Shown: one piece after another, positions 29,547-39,868 of the stretch | Layout of the letters: every line of letters begins with the position of its first letter | How positions within the stretch are numbered: the stretch's first letter is position 1 | DNA from: a virus | Reading direction: 5' to 3' (one strand) | Length of the DNA: 64,000 nucleotides | Virus record (IMG/VR): IMGVR_UViG_3300021962_000091 | Span: 2,749 to 66,748 of that record | Program-made: the position numbers and the translations under genes | The notes under the pieces: generated by a model | The model's database searches: none | Told to the model about the DNA's origin: nothing | What the model saw: only the letters and a program-made list of their open reading frames with translations

Positions 29547-29930
29547 CTAAATGTCCATTTCGGGATACCTATTAAACTGCTTGGCGTCAATCACATCGCG
29601 CATTCGCACACCAGGCAATACTCCAAGCATGACTGGTTGTTGTGCAATTTGACCATCCAGAAAAAACCCCAAGACCCACGAGGACTCTGCGGGAGACTTC
29701 ACGCCGTATGGGTTGTTTAATGGTGCAACGGGAAGTGCCCACGGCAACTCTTCGGTAGGTAATAGCGTCTGGTCAGAGGTATGATAGCCAAAGATTCGCA
29801 CTTTCGCTCGACCAATCTTCAACGGGTCGTTGCGGTCTTCGACCACACCAATCCACCAAAAGAACCCATTTTTACCCATAAAGTCATGGGCGCTAATTGA
29901 GCCAATGCGGTGGTTTTCTTGAAACTCCAT
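29547..29930 (-). CDS. gp5: gp5 N-terminal OB-fold domain encoded as a separate ORF, 127 aa
   Basis: FMGKNGFFWWIGVVEDRNDPLKIGRAKVRIFGYH...LPWA...WVLGFFLDG..AQQPVMLG. Confidence 0.88.
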   Translation of the reverse strand: MEFQENHRIGSISAHDFMGKNGFFWWIGVVEDRNDPLKIGRAKVRIFGYHTSDQTLLPTEELPWALPVAPLNNPYGVKSPAESSWVLGFFLDGQIAQQPVMLGVLPGVRMRDVIDAKQFNRYPEMDI

Positions 29931-29944
29931 ACAAAATATTTAGA

Positions 29945-31324
29945 CTACAACAAAGAATCGGTTACGGCTTCAAATGTGGTTTCGTACAAAAATGACTGAC
30001 CTTTTCCATCACTGACCAGCGAATGTTTCGCACTAATAATAATATATCGACCCGACGCAATATCCATAACGGGTGCGCCAAGATTTTTATTGTTAATTGT
30101 TGTAGGAAATTCAATATTAACAATGCTTCCCGCATGAAGTTCTGGAGCGCCGGCCACACTACCACGAACACATCGTAACTGTAACCCAAGCAATTCGCGA
30201 TTTCGGCCATCTAACGTTTGTGCAATAAAATTGTTGCGGTATTGCGCATCGGGATCTAAGTCAGTGACTCTAGGATTTTTTGCGCTAATATGTGTTGTAG
30301 GAATTAAAAATATGCGAGATGTTGCTGGTGTGCCTTGCCCCATAATCGGGGGATAAAAATCTCGACGATTTAATTTTTGGCGGTCGGCATATTCTACTGT
30401 GGATCCTGTTTGCGCAATACTAGACACTTCGACACTACACTGTCCTGATAATACATCAGGTCCGATAGTCACAGAAGAAAAATATCCCCGCGCTAACGCA
30501 TACATGATATCAAATCCAGAAACGACTTGTAGTTGTTCGGCTTTAATTCGCGTCTTAGTGTTGCCTTGGTCGCGTAATCCCGCAAGCTCCGTATATAGTG
30601 TAGGAATATCTGGATTTTGTTTTGCAAGTTCTAACAATCGACGAAATGATGTAAAATGATATCCTTCTAATGTTTCAAAAAACATGTAGTTGGTTTCATT
30701 GGTTGCAGTTTGTCCTTGTAGCATCAGAAGTTGAATAACTTCCAACGGCCGCATATATGGCACAACAAACCGTATTTCTTTGTTTGTGGGTTCTCGTTCA
30801 ACAAACTTTTTTGTACTAGCTAATCCATATGGTTGTTCTACAATATCTCGAACAATATTCTCAGGCTTGTCCCAATAAGAACGAGAAATTTTTCTGCCAG
30901 TAGAAGTTATAACTTCAGGGCTACAAATGCCTAACGTATATTCTTCATTGGCTCTATTGACTGGCGACCGATTAGATTGGTTATACACAGAAAACCCGTG
31001 TGGTCCAAATTTTCGTCGTTGTCCTGTTTCTCTATCTGGCACCGAAAATTCTAACCGTAACTGATCTAGTCCTCGCATAAATGCTAAGTTAGTAAGAGAT
31101 TGAGTATCTCTAAAATATACTTGTCCCGTTAATCCTGGCGTAAACATATCTTCAAAAATGTCAATGCGGTTGACATATGACCGCACATCATCAAGAATTG
31201 CCTTTATTTTTTTTAAGTCGGGATCAGTAGGGTTGAGCAACAACGGCGATAATAGTTGCAACCGATCCATCGAAACCGTTTTATCGGCTGCGGGAGATGT
31301 GGCCACAGAAGAGTTTACAGTCAT
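29945..31324 (-). CDS. Baseplate hub protein (gp27-like), 459 aa
   Basis: IDIFEDMFTPGLTG, YMFFETLEGYHFTSF, SGRYIIISAKH; lies between gp53 and gp5. Confidence 0.7.
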   Translation of the reverse strand: MTVNSSVATSPAADKTVSMDRLQLLSPLLLNPTDPDLKKIKAILDDVRSYVNRIDIFEDMFTPGLTGQVYFRDTQSLTNLAFMRGLDQLRLEFSVPDRETGQRRKFGPHGFSVYNQSNRSPVNRANEEYTLGICSPEVITSTGRKISRSYWDKPENIVRDIVEQPYGLASTKKFVEREPTNKEIRFVVPYMRPLEVIQLLMLQGQTATNETNYMFFETLEGYHFTSFRRLLELAKQNPDIPTLYTELAGLRDQGNTKTRIKAEQLQVVSGFDIMYALARGYFSSVTIGPDVLSGQCSVEVSSIAQTGSTVEYADRQKLNRRDFYPPIMGQGTPATSRIFLIPTTHISAKNPRVTDLDPDAQYRNNFIAQTLDGRNRELLGLQLRCVRGSVAGAPELHAGSIVNIEFPTTINNKNLGAPVMDIASGRYIIISAKHSLVSDGKGQSFLYETTFEAVTDSLL

Positions 31325-31325
31325 C

Positions 31326-31883
31326 TTATTTTACCAATGCATTAAATTGCGATACAAATTGCTGAAATGTTGGCAGCGATAACCGTTTAATAGCCCGTCG
31401 TTGATTGTTTAATGACGTTTCATAATCAAATATGCTAATGGTGCGGCGTGTTGACGGCATTTGGTTATTATACAATTCTTCGTCCACCACAAACTCTTGG
31501 TTAGTTGTCGTCTCTCGCCACAAATATTGATAAACTTGCGAATTACTTGCTGTCACGCCGTTATTGGCTCCAGGCGCAGATTCATATTTCATATTCATAT
31601 AATTATAAAATTGCACCTCGCTCATTGGCCAATCATACAAATCTTTCATGCCATTGGATAGCATTACAACCCAAGCATACTCGGACGATCCATACCATTG
31701 GGCCGCCAAAGTATCGGGCCGATCACGGTCTTGAATTATATACGTTTCATAAGACCCCGCTTCAAAATCAACTAAAAATTGCAATGCCATATTTGGCACC
31801 GTACGCACAAACTCTTGGGCCACTCCATTAATAATTTCGGTGGTGTGATATTTAACGGCGGGAAAATTTTGAAAGTATCGCAT
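31326..31883 (-). CDS. gp53: Baseplate wedge protein gp53
   Basis: MRYFQNFP, YIIQDRDRPDTLAAQWYG...WVVMLSN...DWP, YETSLNNQRRAIK. Confidence 0.88.
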   Translation of the reverse strand: MRYFQNFPAVKYHTTEIINGVAQEFVRTVPNMALQFLVDFEAGSYETYIIQDRDRPDTLAAQWYGSSEYAWVVMLSNGMKDLYDWPMSEVQFYNYMNMKYESAPGANNGVTASNSQVYQYLWRETTTNQEFVVDEELYNNQMPSTRRTISIFDYETSLNNQRRAIKRLSLPTFQQFVSQFNALVK

Positions 31884-31894
31884 ATACTACTCAG

Positions 31895-32935
31895 TTAGAA
31901 TCGAAACCGCAATCCCGTAGGCGCTGTTCCTTCAATATTGGTAACAATTGGGTCTATTCGTGCTTTATCTCCCGTAATACGATCTCGTGTCAGTAATACC
32001 ATTTCTTTGAACGTCATATCTAACGTAATTTTGGCAGGATACTGTTGTTTGTTATTTTGTGGCACTAATAACTTTGGACTGTCGGCGCCACCACTGTAAT
32101 CTACATTTAACGATTCGAGCACCGACGGCAATAACGTAAACGTCGTATCTTGAACAGAGTGTGTAATTTGAAATTCAAACGGAAAATCAAAAAACCCTCC
32201 GGCGCTTGTCAGTGCACCCGTTCCGGGTCTTGGATGCATTGCATACTTGAACACCGTAATAATGTCGTCAATAATCAAAGATTCATTTAGACTTCGTGGC
32301 ATAAACACATACGAAAATGTGTGGTTTCGAAACCCCATATTTTGAAATACGTTTTCGGTATACGGATTATCAGCCACACCAAAAAACACGTTTAACGCTT
32401 GTGACGCATTCGACCCACCAGTTTGATTTGCAAAGTCATTAATCACCCCTGACACGGCCGATTGAATTCCTATTGCACCTTGACTTACCGCGGTTTTTGC
32501 CACGGCTTCACCCAGACCCTTAGCCAAATTTCCAAGACCGGCATCGTTTGCTTGTGCTTTACCCGCAAGTTCTGCTAATACATTTCCCGCAGCACCCAAT
32601 GACTGACCCAACTTAAACTCGCTATACGTAGCTGTATAATCGGTCTTTAACGCACTGGTTGGCGTTGGCAACGCAATCGCATACGTGGGTTGTGGTAAGT
32701 TGGTAAACAGCGCATCCGTCGTTTGAGTAGAATACAATCCGGCGGCTGCTCTCTTATACGGCATAAACAGCGTAAACGGAATTGTTTGAAGTGGAGTGCG
32801 GCCTTCAACGAGACGACCCCCAAGCCCCTCGGGATACGCAAGAACAGATCCGCTAGATGTAGTCGGTAGATTATTCAACGAACGACTTTGATACGCTCCG
32901 TTGTCTAGGTATTGCGTAAAGACGTTACTTGCCAT
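31895..32935 (-). CDS. gp48: Baseplate tail-tube cap (gp48-like); start corrected to ATG 32935
   Basis: NPYTENVFQNMGFRNHTFSYVFMPRS...VLESLNVDY...LDMTFKE. GAGGA RBS before MASNVF; the longer ORF-track start would overlap gp4. Confidence 0.78.
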   Translation of the reverse strand: MASNVFTQYLDNGAYQSRSLNNLPTTSSGSVLAYPEGLGGRLVEGRTPLQTIPFTLFMPYKRAAAGLYSTQTTDALFTNLPQPTYAIALPTPTSALKTDYTATYSEFKLGQSLGAAGNVLAELAGKAQANDAGLGNLAKGLGEAVAKTAVSQGAIGIQSAVSGVINDFANQTGGSNASQALNVFFGVADNPYTENVFQNMGFRNHTFSYVFMPRSLNESLIIDDIITVFKYAMHPRPGTGALTSAGGFFDFPFEFQITHSVQDTTFTLLPSVLESLNVDYSGGADSPKLLVPQNNKQQYPAKITLDMTFKEMVLLTRDRITGDKARIDPIVTNIEGTAPTGLRFRF

Positions 32936-32975
32936 ATATCCTCGCTCTAAATAGAAGGGGCATCTTATTCTATAT

Positions 32976-33425
32976 ATGGCACTCAAAGGACGTTTCTTTC
33001 CGCGCAACCCGCACAAATACCTCGGGAATCCACAGAACATTGTGTTCCGTAGTGCCTGGGAACGCACCTTCATGGAATACTGTGATACGCAACAAAGCAT
33101 TCTGCAATGGGCGTCCGAAGAGATGACCGTGCCGTATTACTTCACGGGCGACAGCAAATGGCATCGCTATTACCCCGACTTTGTGGTCAACGTCATAACC
33201 AAAGACAACGAACGTCAAACATGGATGGTCGAGATTAAACCGTCCAAACAGGTCGCGCCACCGGTCACGCGATCGCGCGGCGGCAATCAGCGTCGCTATC
33301 TACGCGAAGCCGTCGAGTATGCCCGTAATCAAGCCAAGTGGACGGCGGCCAGAGCGTTTTGTGCCAACAAAGGCTGGAAGTTTGTCATCATTACCGAGAA
33401 GGACTTGTATCCCAATGCCCGATAA
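32976..33425 (+). CDS. gp4: Head completion nuclease gp4 (TnsA-like)
   Basis: GRFFPRNPHKYLGNPQNIVFRSAWE...WASEE...HRYYPDF...EIKP...NQAKWTAA...F.IITEKDL. Confidence 0.93.
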   Translation: MALKGRFFPRNPHKYLGNPQNIVFRSAWERTFMEYCDTQQSILQWASEEMTVPYYFTGDSKWHRYYPDFVVNVITKDNERQTWMVEIKPSKQVAPPVTRSRGGNQRRYLREAVEYARNQAKWTAARAFCANKGWKFVIITEKDLYPNAR

Positions 33426-34161
33426 CATGCTCGACCTCATTATCGCTCGGTACCTGCGTGGTGGGGTCAATGTGCGGGGAGCACTCCACGACTCGGTTCC
33501 TACGGAAAGTCCCGCCACGGGAGCGCCAGCGACGGCCAATACACTACCTACGACACTGGGGGTCTCGTTCGTTCCTCTAACCAACCAGATTGGTTCCTCT
33601 CCGACCACCCTCGTGAGCGATTCGTCGGTACTGTGGGCACGACACGCGACCGAGATTCTGGGCGGCATTAAGGGGAGTGATCAAGCCGATATTATTGCCA
33701 AATACAGTGAGATGCGCAGTATGCTCATTGACCCGCGCGGCGTGGTGCCGGGGTTCTTCTATACGTTTCGCTATGAAGCGAAAACGGTGGACCAGTATGA
33801 TCGCTATCCGCTAATGCTGGCCCTCAAGAAAGACAACAAGGGTATTTTTGGCATGAACTTTCATTACCTACCCCTCAAGCTGCGGTTTGCGTTGTTTGAA
33901 GCCATGATGCCCCTGATTGTGCCGTTACCCGTGCAACAAATGAGTCTCATTTATCTGACCTATGAAAAACTGAAGCGCCGGCGAATGGTCGGCAAATACC
34001 CGACCCTCAAGCGATATAGCTTTGCACAAATCAAAAGTCGCATGGTGTTTATCTCACCGTTGGAGTGGGCGGTGGCGCTGGCGTATCCGAGTGAGCGGTT
34101 TATGCACACGACCCAAACTCGCGTATGGAACGAAAGCCGGAAAAACCTCAAGAGCTTATAA
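33415..34161 (+). CDS. gp2: DNA end protector gp2 (probable start ATG 33415)
   Basis: PGFFYTFRYEAK...YDRYPL...GMNFHYLPLKLR...LKRY...VWNES; follows gp4. Confidence 0.82.
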   Translation: MPDNMLDLIIARYLRGGVNVRGALHDSVPTESPATGAPATANTLPTTLGVSFVPLTNQIGSSPTTLVSDSSVLWARHATEILGGIKGSDQADIIAKYSEMRSMLIDPRGVVPGFFYTFRYEAKTVDQYDRYPLMLALKKDNKGIFGMNFHYLPLKLRFALFEAMMPLIVPLPVQQMSLIYLTYEKLKRRRMVGKYPTLKRYSFAQIKSRMVFISPLEWAVALAYPSERFMHTTQTRVWNESRKNLKSL

Positions 34162-34182
34162 CGAACCGCACTAAATATTCAT

Positions 34183-34830
34183 ATGGCAAATCTTTTCGAC
34201 CCTAACGCGTTTTTTCAAAAAACGGCATACTATGCCAGTCAGGGGCGGGGTGTATTTAAGCTCAACACGGTGCCTGGGGTATTACAAGCTGCCGGTATTA
34301 CGGCAAATTCTCCAACATGGGCACTCTGTGCTAATGGATTGATGGCCAAATCCGTCAGCACGCCTGGCTATTCCCTTGCTACATTTGAAGAGTTTAGCTA
34401 TATTGGACCGACACGCAAACACGCCCACACACAAATTTTCGGTCCTCTGACAATTGAATTTTTCTTGATGGGGCAGACGCCACAAGAAGCCGAATCTATT
34501 TTCAACATCTTTACGCTATGGCAAGAAAAAATTGCCGGAGCACGGTGGGGAGCAAACGAAGCTGCACGAGGCTCGCGATCGGACTCTACATTTTTTGCGG
34601 TTGAATATTATGATAACTACCATACAGACGCAACGTTTGAAATTTATAGTCCGCACATAAGCCCTGGCGGCATTGATAAAGAAATTAAACCTATCATCTC
34701 AGTTAAGTATTTCGAGGTGTGGCCGCAAGCCATCGGGGGGTTTAATACATCGTGGGAGTCACAAGATACTCCAGCGACACTTTCGGTTACTTTTGAATAC
34801 TTTCATTCAATTTCTCGTCCATCTACTTAA
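34183..34830 (+). CDS. Tail tube-like/baseplate tube initiator (gp19/gp54 family), 215 aa
   Basis: SVSTPG, YYDNY, EVWPQAIG...LSVTFEY tube-fold motifs; lies between gp2 and gp26. Confidence 0.7.
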   Translation: MANLFDPNAFFQKTAYYASQGRGVFKLNTVPGVLQAAGITANSPTWALCANGLMAKSVSTPGYSLATFEEFSYIGPTRKHAHTQIFGPLTIEFFLMGQTPQEAESIFNIFTLWQEKIAGARWGANEAARGSRSDSTFFAVEYYDNYHTDATFEIYSPHISPGGIDKEIKPIISVKYFEVWPQAIGGFNTSWESQDTPATLSVTFEYFHSISRPST

Positions 34831-34846
34831 TGTGTGAGGTTCAGTT

Positions 34847-35602
34847 ATGAAATTACCCGTGCTCGATACGTATGCGTTCCCTATTACTTTGCCGTCATCT
34901 GGAAAAATTGTGAATCTTCGCCCGTTTTTAGTGCGCGAAGAAAAATTGTTGCTTATGGCACAAGAATCCGACAATTATGATGACCACATTGAAGCGATTG
35001 CTCAAATTATTAAAAACTGTTCTAACGATGAGGTTGATCCTCGATTAGCGCCCTATTTTGATATTGAATACTTGTTGCTTCAGCTACGCGCCCGCAGCGT
35101 GGGAGAAATTGCAACCCCCGTATATGTGTGCCATAACAAACCCAACGGAGATGATATTGAATGTGGTGCGCGCACACCCGTCAACATCAACCTCACCGAA
35201 ATTCCCGTGGAGCACATTAACACCGACCCCGAGGCGTTTTTGTTAAAGCTATCGGATAAGTATACGCTGCATTTGAAATATCCGACTGTCTACACCATCC
35301 ATCACCTTATTCTTGCCGCACAAAACGAGGGGCAAATTGGCGCTCAATCATTTTTGACGGCGTTGTGTGATGTATTTGATACGCTCGAAAACACCGAAAC
35401 TCACGACACCTATAATTTTACAGATTATACAAGCGAAGAAAAAATGGAGTTCTTAGAATCGCTGTCGCCGCGCAACTACGCCGAATTAATTGAGTTCTTG
35501 GATACTCTTCCGACTGTGGAAAAGAATATTACTTTTACTTGCGAAAAATGTCAGTTTGAACATCATCTGTCGCTGTCGGGAGTCACGGATTTTTTAGACT
35601 AG
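34847..35602 (+). CDS. gp26: Baseplate hub assembly protein gp26
   Basis: LPSSGKIVNLRPFLVREEKLLLMA...FDIEYLLLQLRARSVGE...C..C.....L.G..DF. Confidence 0.9.
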   Translation: MKLPVLDTYAFPITLPSSGKIVNLRPFLVREEKLLLMAQESDNYDDHIEAIAQIIKNCSNDEVDPRLAPYFDIEYLLLQLRARSVGEIATPVYVCHNKPNGDDIECGARTPVNINLTEIPVEHINTDPEAFLLKLSDKYTLHLKYPTVYTIHHLILAAQNEGQIGAQSFLTALCDVFDTLENTETHDTYNFTDYTSEEKMEFLESLSPRNYAELIEFLDTLPTVEKNITFTCEKCQFEHHLSLSGVTDFLD

Positions 35603-35796
35603 TGGCGCGGTATGATACCCTCGCCAACCATTATCAGACTATTTTTACCTTAATGCAGGAACATCGCTGGTCGTGGGGAGACATTCAAAACATGATTCCG
35701 TTCGAGCGCGACATTTATATTATCCTGTTAAAACAATGGGTAGACAAGAAAAACGAGGAAATTGCACAGCAGCAGCAATCTCGGCAACTACGATAA
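35602..35796 (+). CDS. gp51: Baseplate hub assembly catalyst gp51
   Basis: LANHYQTIFTLMQEHRWSWGDIQNMIPFERDIYIILL. Confidence 0.88.
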   Translation: MARYDTLANHYQTIFTLMQEHRWSWGDIQNMIPFERDIYIILLKQWVDKKNEEIAQQQQSRQLR

Positions 35797-35805
35797 ATAA
35801 ACAAT

Positions 35806-38800
35806 ATGGCAAAAGGTTTACCTAAATTTAGCGAAGACGACATTCTCAAAGCGTTGCAGGAGCGCAAACGCACCGTAGACGCCACCCGAGCACTTAGAGG
35901 TGGCATGGTCGCGACGCTTGAAATTAAAAGTCAGTTTGATGACAGTCGAATGGACGTTATTCGTGATATGAGCCAAAAAGAGGCGGATCGTATCATAGGC
36001 GTTGTCCGTAATGAAGAAATGAAACTGGCCGGCGCAATGAAAAGTGCCGCAACAAATCAAAACCAGCCACTAATTCAATTATTAAATTTTTATCGTGATA
36101 GCTTACAACGGATATATTATCAATCTACACAACAAAAAACTGCCGTAATTGGCGAGAGTGAAATTGAGCAAACGTATTTACCGCAAATTGAAAAACTCAT
36201 TCAAGCTATTAAACAAGATAAAATTTTAAAAGAATATAAAGTCACTACGACTGTATTACAGTTGGCAGAAAAAATTAAACAAGAGTTAGTTAATCGCACC
36301 AAATTAAAAACCAAGTTAAAAGATTCGGCTAAAAATAAAATTTCTGGATTTTTAGGTAAAGACTCTGCATTTAGCAAGTCCAATTTAGTTGGATTAGCCC
36401 TAAGCGCATTTTTAAATCGAAAACAATCTAAAAATTCATATGCAATTGCGGCACAAAATAATCAACAAAATTTAAATACGCAACAGGCGCAAACTCGTGC
36501 CGAAACTGACGCGGTTGAATTTGAACAGCAAAAACAGGATGCGGCCAAAAAAGAACGGGACGCAATTGCAGAAAAGGCGCGCCGGCAACGAGCAAAAAAA
36601 GGAAAAGGAGCCACGCCTGAAGCAACCACCACCAAAGTGAGCGACACTAATATGGGGGTCAGCCCCATTCTTACTGCGGACGGAACAACACAACCGGCGG
36701 TTACTCCCGGTGGGTCGGGTCTAGTAGGTGCAGACGGTCAACCTCTTTCCTCATTGCCAACCGCTCCAGAATTAAGTGCCCCCGTCTCTAGTTCGTTGGA
36801 CGGGAGTGGCTCGGAGATCGTGAAAATTTTGTCGCAACACACATCATTGCTCGGCAAAATTTTTGGTGTCAACTCGCAAATGCTCAAGCTCCAGCAAGAC
36901 AAAATGGCCAAAGATGCGGCGGCGGCTGAAGAGTCCGGACTTGAAACACAAGGTGGAGGCAAAGAAAGAACAGGTCTATTACCAACCGCCACGAAAGAAG
37001 AAGAAGAACAAGGTGGCGGCGGATTCATGGGATTAGCGATGAATTTGTTATCCAGTCGCTTTCCGATGTTACGTGGATTACGTGGAGCAGGTGGGTTACT
37101 TCGTGGTGGTGCTCGGCTCGGTGGTGGGTTACTTCGTGGTGGTGCTCGGCTCGGTGGTCGATTGGCGGGGTTAGGATTAGGCGCCGCGGCGGGCGCCACT
37201 GCAACTGCGGTCGCATCCAGTAGTGCAGATGATATTGCTAAAACCGCTACAAAAGCAATTGGCACAGAAACCGCCGAGGCCGCTACAAAAACATTAGGGA
37301 AAAAAGCCGCAGAAACTGGTGCTAAAAAAGGAATATCTGCGTCCATCAAAGGACTAATCAAAAAGAAAGTGCCTTCAACTATTGGAAAAATAGTTGGTAA
37401 AGGAATTCCGGGTCTAGGTTGGCTTATTGGTGGTGGATTTGCGATTAGTCGTCTCGTGAAAGGTGACGTGGTTGGTGCGGGCCTTGAACTAGGCGCGAGT
37501 GCAGGATCATTACTTACCTCAATTCCGCTTACAATTGTTTCATTAACACGAGACGTTTATACCGAATCATACGGCACTCCACCAGAAATAGATTCGGAAG
37601 CTGCCCCGCGATTAGGAGAAATTAAAACAGGAGTCACCGAAGCAGTTGATGAAGAACTTGAAAAATTAGGATTAAAAGAAAAAAAGAAAGACGACGCGGT
37701 CATACAAAAAAGCGAACAAGACCTTGAAAGTGCAAAAGCAGAAACACCACCACCCACCAGTGGGGAAACAACGCCTACAGCAACTGAAGCGCCACCAGCA
37801 CCCTCAAGCGCGCCGCCGACGGCGGGCCCGGCGGGCGGGCCAGCACCGACAACGACGGACGCGCCCGCACCTTCGGCCCCACCGGCACCAAAACCTTCGG
37901 GGTTTTTTGGTCGTCTTGTCAAAGGAGCTACGAAAGCTCTTCAGTATGCAACTCCAATTGGATTAACATATACCGCAACTAAAAAAATGATGTCGGATAA
38001 ATTATTTGGTGGTGGACAATCGGGCGGTGGCGGAGCCACTGGTTCATTTGCTGGTAATCCATCAGAAGTATTAGAATTTGGTGGGGAATCGGGTCAATTA
38101 CAAAATTTTCAAGGTCTACATCCTGCCATTCAAAATAAAGTGCTGGCCGCGGGGCAGGAATATCTTCAAAAAACAAAAAAGAAACTTAAAGTTAATAGTG
38201 CCAAACGAGATCCCGCAAAACAACAGCAACTGTGGGATGAATCCGTTAAAGCCGGACGTCCCGGACGTGGGCCTAGTGGAATGGCCATCGCTAGACCGGG
38301 AAGAAGTCGTCACGAACGTGGTTTAGCTATAGACATTCAAAATTATAGAGATCCAATTGCGGTTGCAGCATTAAATCGACAGGGTCTTTTTCAAGGCGTT
38401 CCGGGCGACCCAGTGCACTTTCAGCTTGATGGAAATCCATCACTCGATCAACCAGTAAGCCCCGCAGAGGGTGCTACAGATACCGGTGCGAGTCAATCTA
38501 CCGGAGCGGCAACACAAGCACCACCAAATGTCGCAGAAACTGGTGGAGGAAACGCCGGCTCGGCCCCACCCGCTCCCACCACAGCGAGTGCGGGGGGTGA
38601 TACCACCGCGACAGGTCGTGCGGTGATTGCAGGAAGTATTGCAGCTCCTGCCGCGGCCCCCGCTGGTGGTGGAGGCGGCAATGTCACCAACATTATGCAA
38701 GGGGGAACGACTCTCGCCGGTGGTGGCGGTGGTGGTTCGGCATCAACGCCAATTCCTGCACCCATCGACCGCGAACCCACCATCCGTCGCATTCTCGACG

Positions 38801-38814
38801 GTGCGCTGACCTAA
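35806..38814 (+). CDS. Tape-measure/hub (gp29-like) protein with a C-terminal M15-like peptidase, 1002 aa
   Basis: Follows gp26-gp51; helical and G/A-rich regions; K.IPGLGWLIG hydrophobic segment; VNSAKR...Q..LW...PGRSRHERGLAIDI...DPVHF peptidase motif. Confidence 0.7.
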   Translation: MAKGLPKFSEDDILKALQERKRTVDATRALRGGMVATLEIKSQFDDSRMDVIRDMSQKEADRIIGVVRNEEMKLAGAMKSAATNQNQPLIQLLNFYRDSLQRIYYQSTQQKTAVIGESEIEQTYLPQIEKLIQAIKQDKILKEYKVTTTVLQLAEKIKQELVNRTKLKTKLKDSAKNKISGFLGKDSAFSKSNLVGLALSAFLNRKQSKNSYAIAAQNNQQNLNTQQAQTRAETDAVEFEQQKQDAAKKERDAIAEKARRQRAKKGKGATPEATTTKVSDTNMGVSPILTADGTTQPAVTPGGSGLVGADGQPLSSLPTAPELSAPVSSSLDGSGSEIVKILSQHTSLLGKIFGVNSQMLKLQQDKMAKDAAAAEESGLETQGGGKERTGLLPTATKEEEEQGGGGFMGLAMNLLSSRFPMLRGLRGAGGLLRGGARLGGGLLRGGARLGGRLAGLGLGAAAGATATAVASSSADDIAKTATKAIGTETAEAATKTLGKKAAETGAKKGISASIKGLIKKKVPSTIGKIVGKGIPGLGWLIGGGFAISRLVKGDVVGAGLELGASAGSLLTSIPLTIVSLTRDVYTESYGTPPEIDSEAAPRLGEIKTGVTEAVDEELEKLGLKEKKKDDAVIQKSEQDLESAKAETPPPTSGETTPTATEAPPAPSSAPPTAGPAGGPAPTTTDAPAPSAPPAPKPSGFFGRLVKGATKALQYATPIGLTYTATKKMMSDKLFGGGQSGGGGATGSFAGNPSEVLEFGGESGQLQNFQGLHPAIQNKVLAAGQEYLQKTKKKLKVNSAKRDPAKQQQLWDESVKAGRPGRGPSGMAIARPGRSRHERGLAIDIQNYRDPIAVAALNRQGLFQGVPGDPVHFQLDGNPSLDQPVSPAEGATDTGASQSTGAATQAPPNVAETGGGNAGSAPPAPTTASAGGDTTATGRAVIAGSIAAPAAAPAGGGGGNVTNIMQGGTTLAGGGGGGSASTPIPAPIDREPTIRRILDGALT

Positions 38815-38815
38815 C

Positions 38816-38848
38816 AAAAAAACCCCACGGATGTTGCCATCCGTGGGG
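38816..38848 (-). terminator. Intrinsic terminator after gp32, between convergent genes
   Basis: 11-bp stem ccccacggatg/catccgtgggg, GCAA loop on the minus strand, followed by a T7 run. Confidence 0.85.
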
Positions 38849-38874
38849 CTTCTCATACTCAACACGCGCGTGAA

Positions 38875-39795
38875 TTATTCGTCGTCAAACTTCGACAACC
38901 GCGAATCCACATCCTCATCCTCATCATCAGACACCGCAGGCGGCGTCCACGGGCGTGCAGCCGACGGCGCAGGTGCCGCCAGTTCTTCCGTGCGACCCAA
39001 CGACCGACGCACGGGAGCTTCGCTAGGCGCATCGTTCGGGGTGAGATACGCACTCGTATCAAACCCCATGACGCGATCCAACTTCTTCTTCAGGTCATCG
39101 TAGGCCTTGAACTTCTCGGGTGCCACGATCTCCGTGAGCGACCGCAGGTTGTTCAGGGTCTGAAGAATGGCCTTCTCGTCACCCTTCAGGAGCGGCGACG
39201 GTGACTCAAACACCGAGTCATCATAGTTGGGATACCCTGCCTGCTTCTTCTGACGCAGACGGAAGTTGGCTCCCTCAATGACGTGGAACGGATCAAACGG
39301 CGTATCCTGCTCGTATTCCGGTTCGATGGCCTTCTTGATCTTCTCGAAAATCTTCTTGCCATAGCGGAACAGAAACACCTTGCCTTCATTCTCGGGGTTG
39401 CCCTTGTCCTGAATGACATAGATGTTGGACACGTAGGTCTGCTTACGGGACTGCTTGCGCACCTGATCGCGCAGGGCTTCGTCCTTCGTGCCCCACAGAC
39501 GGCTGTTGTATTCGCCGAGCGGATCGTTCTCTCCGAGCGTGGTGCGGCTCAGCTCGATATACCAGCCATTCGGGCCTTCAAACGCATGACGATAGAACGT
39601 CACGAACGGCAACGACTCGGGAGGCGGTGCCGGCAGAAAACGAATAATGGCGCTGCCATTACCCGCCTTATCGACGGTCGGCTTCCAATAGCCTTCATCG
39701 GAGTTAGAGTTTTCCCCCGTGGTCGTTTTAACGGCGGCACGGAGCTTATCGAGCGAGGTGGATTTCAAAAGTGAGTGAAACTGTGACGGGGACAT
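38875..39795 (-). CDS. gp32: Single-stranded DNA-binding protein gp32
   Basis: WKPTVDKAGNGSAIIRFLPAP...HAFEGP.GWYIE...NIYVIQD..NPENEGKVFLFRYGKKIF...GANF...NYD.S.F; acidic tail. Confidence 0.96.
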   Translation of the reverse strand: MSPSQFHSLLKSTSLDKLRAAVKTTTGENSNSDEGYWKPTVDKAGNGSAIIRFLPAPPPESLPFVTFYRHAFEGPNGWYIELSRTTLGENDPLGEYNSRLWGTKDEALRDQVRKQSRKQTYVSNIYVIQDKGNPENEGKVFLFRYGKKIFEKIKKAIEPEYEQDTPFDPFHVIEGANFRLRQKKQAGYPNYDDSVFESPSPLLKGDEKAILQTLNNLRSLTEIVAPEKFKAYDDLKKKLDRVMGFDTSAYLTPNDAPSEAPVRRSLGRTEELAAPAPSAARPWTPPAVSDDEDEDVDSRLSKFDDE

Positions 39796-39868
39796 ACAGA
39801 CTTTCCTTTCAAATAAAATGACATAGGTAACATAGGTTCATCGGTAACAAACAGCGCATAGTATACCA

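Noticed and set aside
29532-29549. Two in-frame TAG codons between the gp5 halves, suggesting amber reassignment
   Set aside because: Long genes are intact under the standard code, TAG ends other genes (e.g. gp26 and the tmRNA tag), the downstream half has its own RBS, and no suppressor tRNA is seen in the window.
32936-33100. Extended N-termini given by the ORF track (also 33319, 45389, 48415, 50315, 50538, 52909, 63533)
   Set aside because: They overlap neighbouring genes, UTR structures or tRNAs; downstream ATGs with an RBS or family-typical N-termini fit better.
37085-37165. 33-nt tandem repeat (GGLLRGGARLG) in the tape-measure-like gene
   Set aside because: Ordinary low-complexity coding duplication typical of such proteins.
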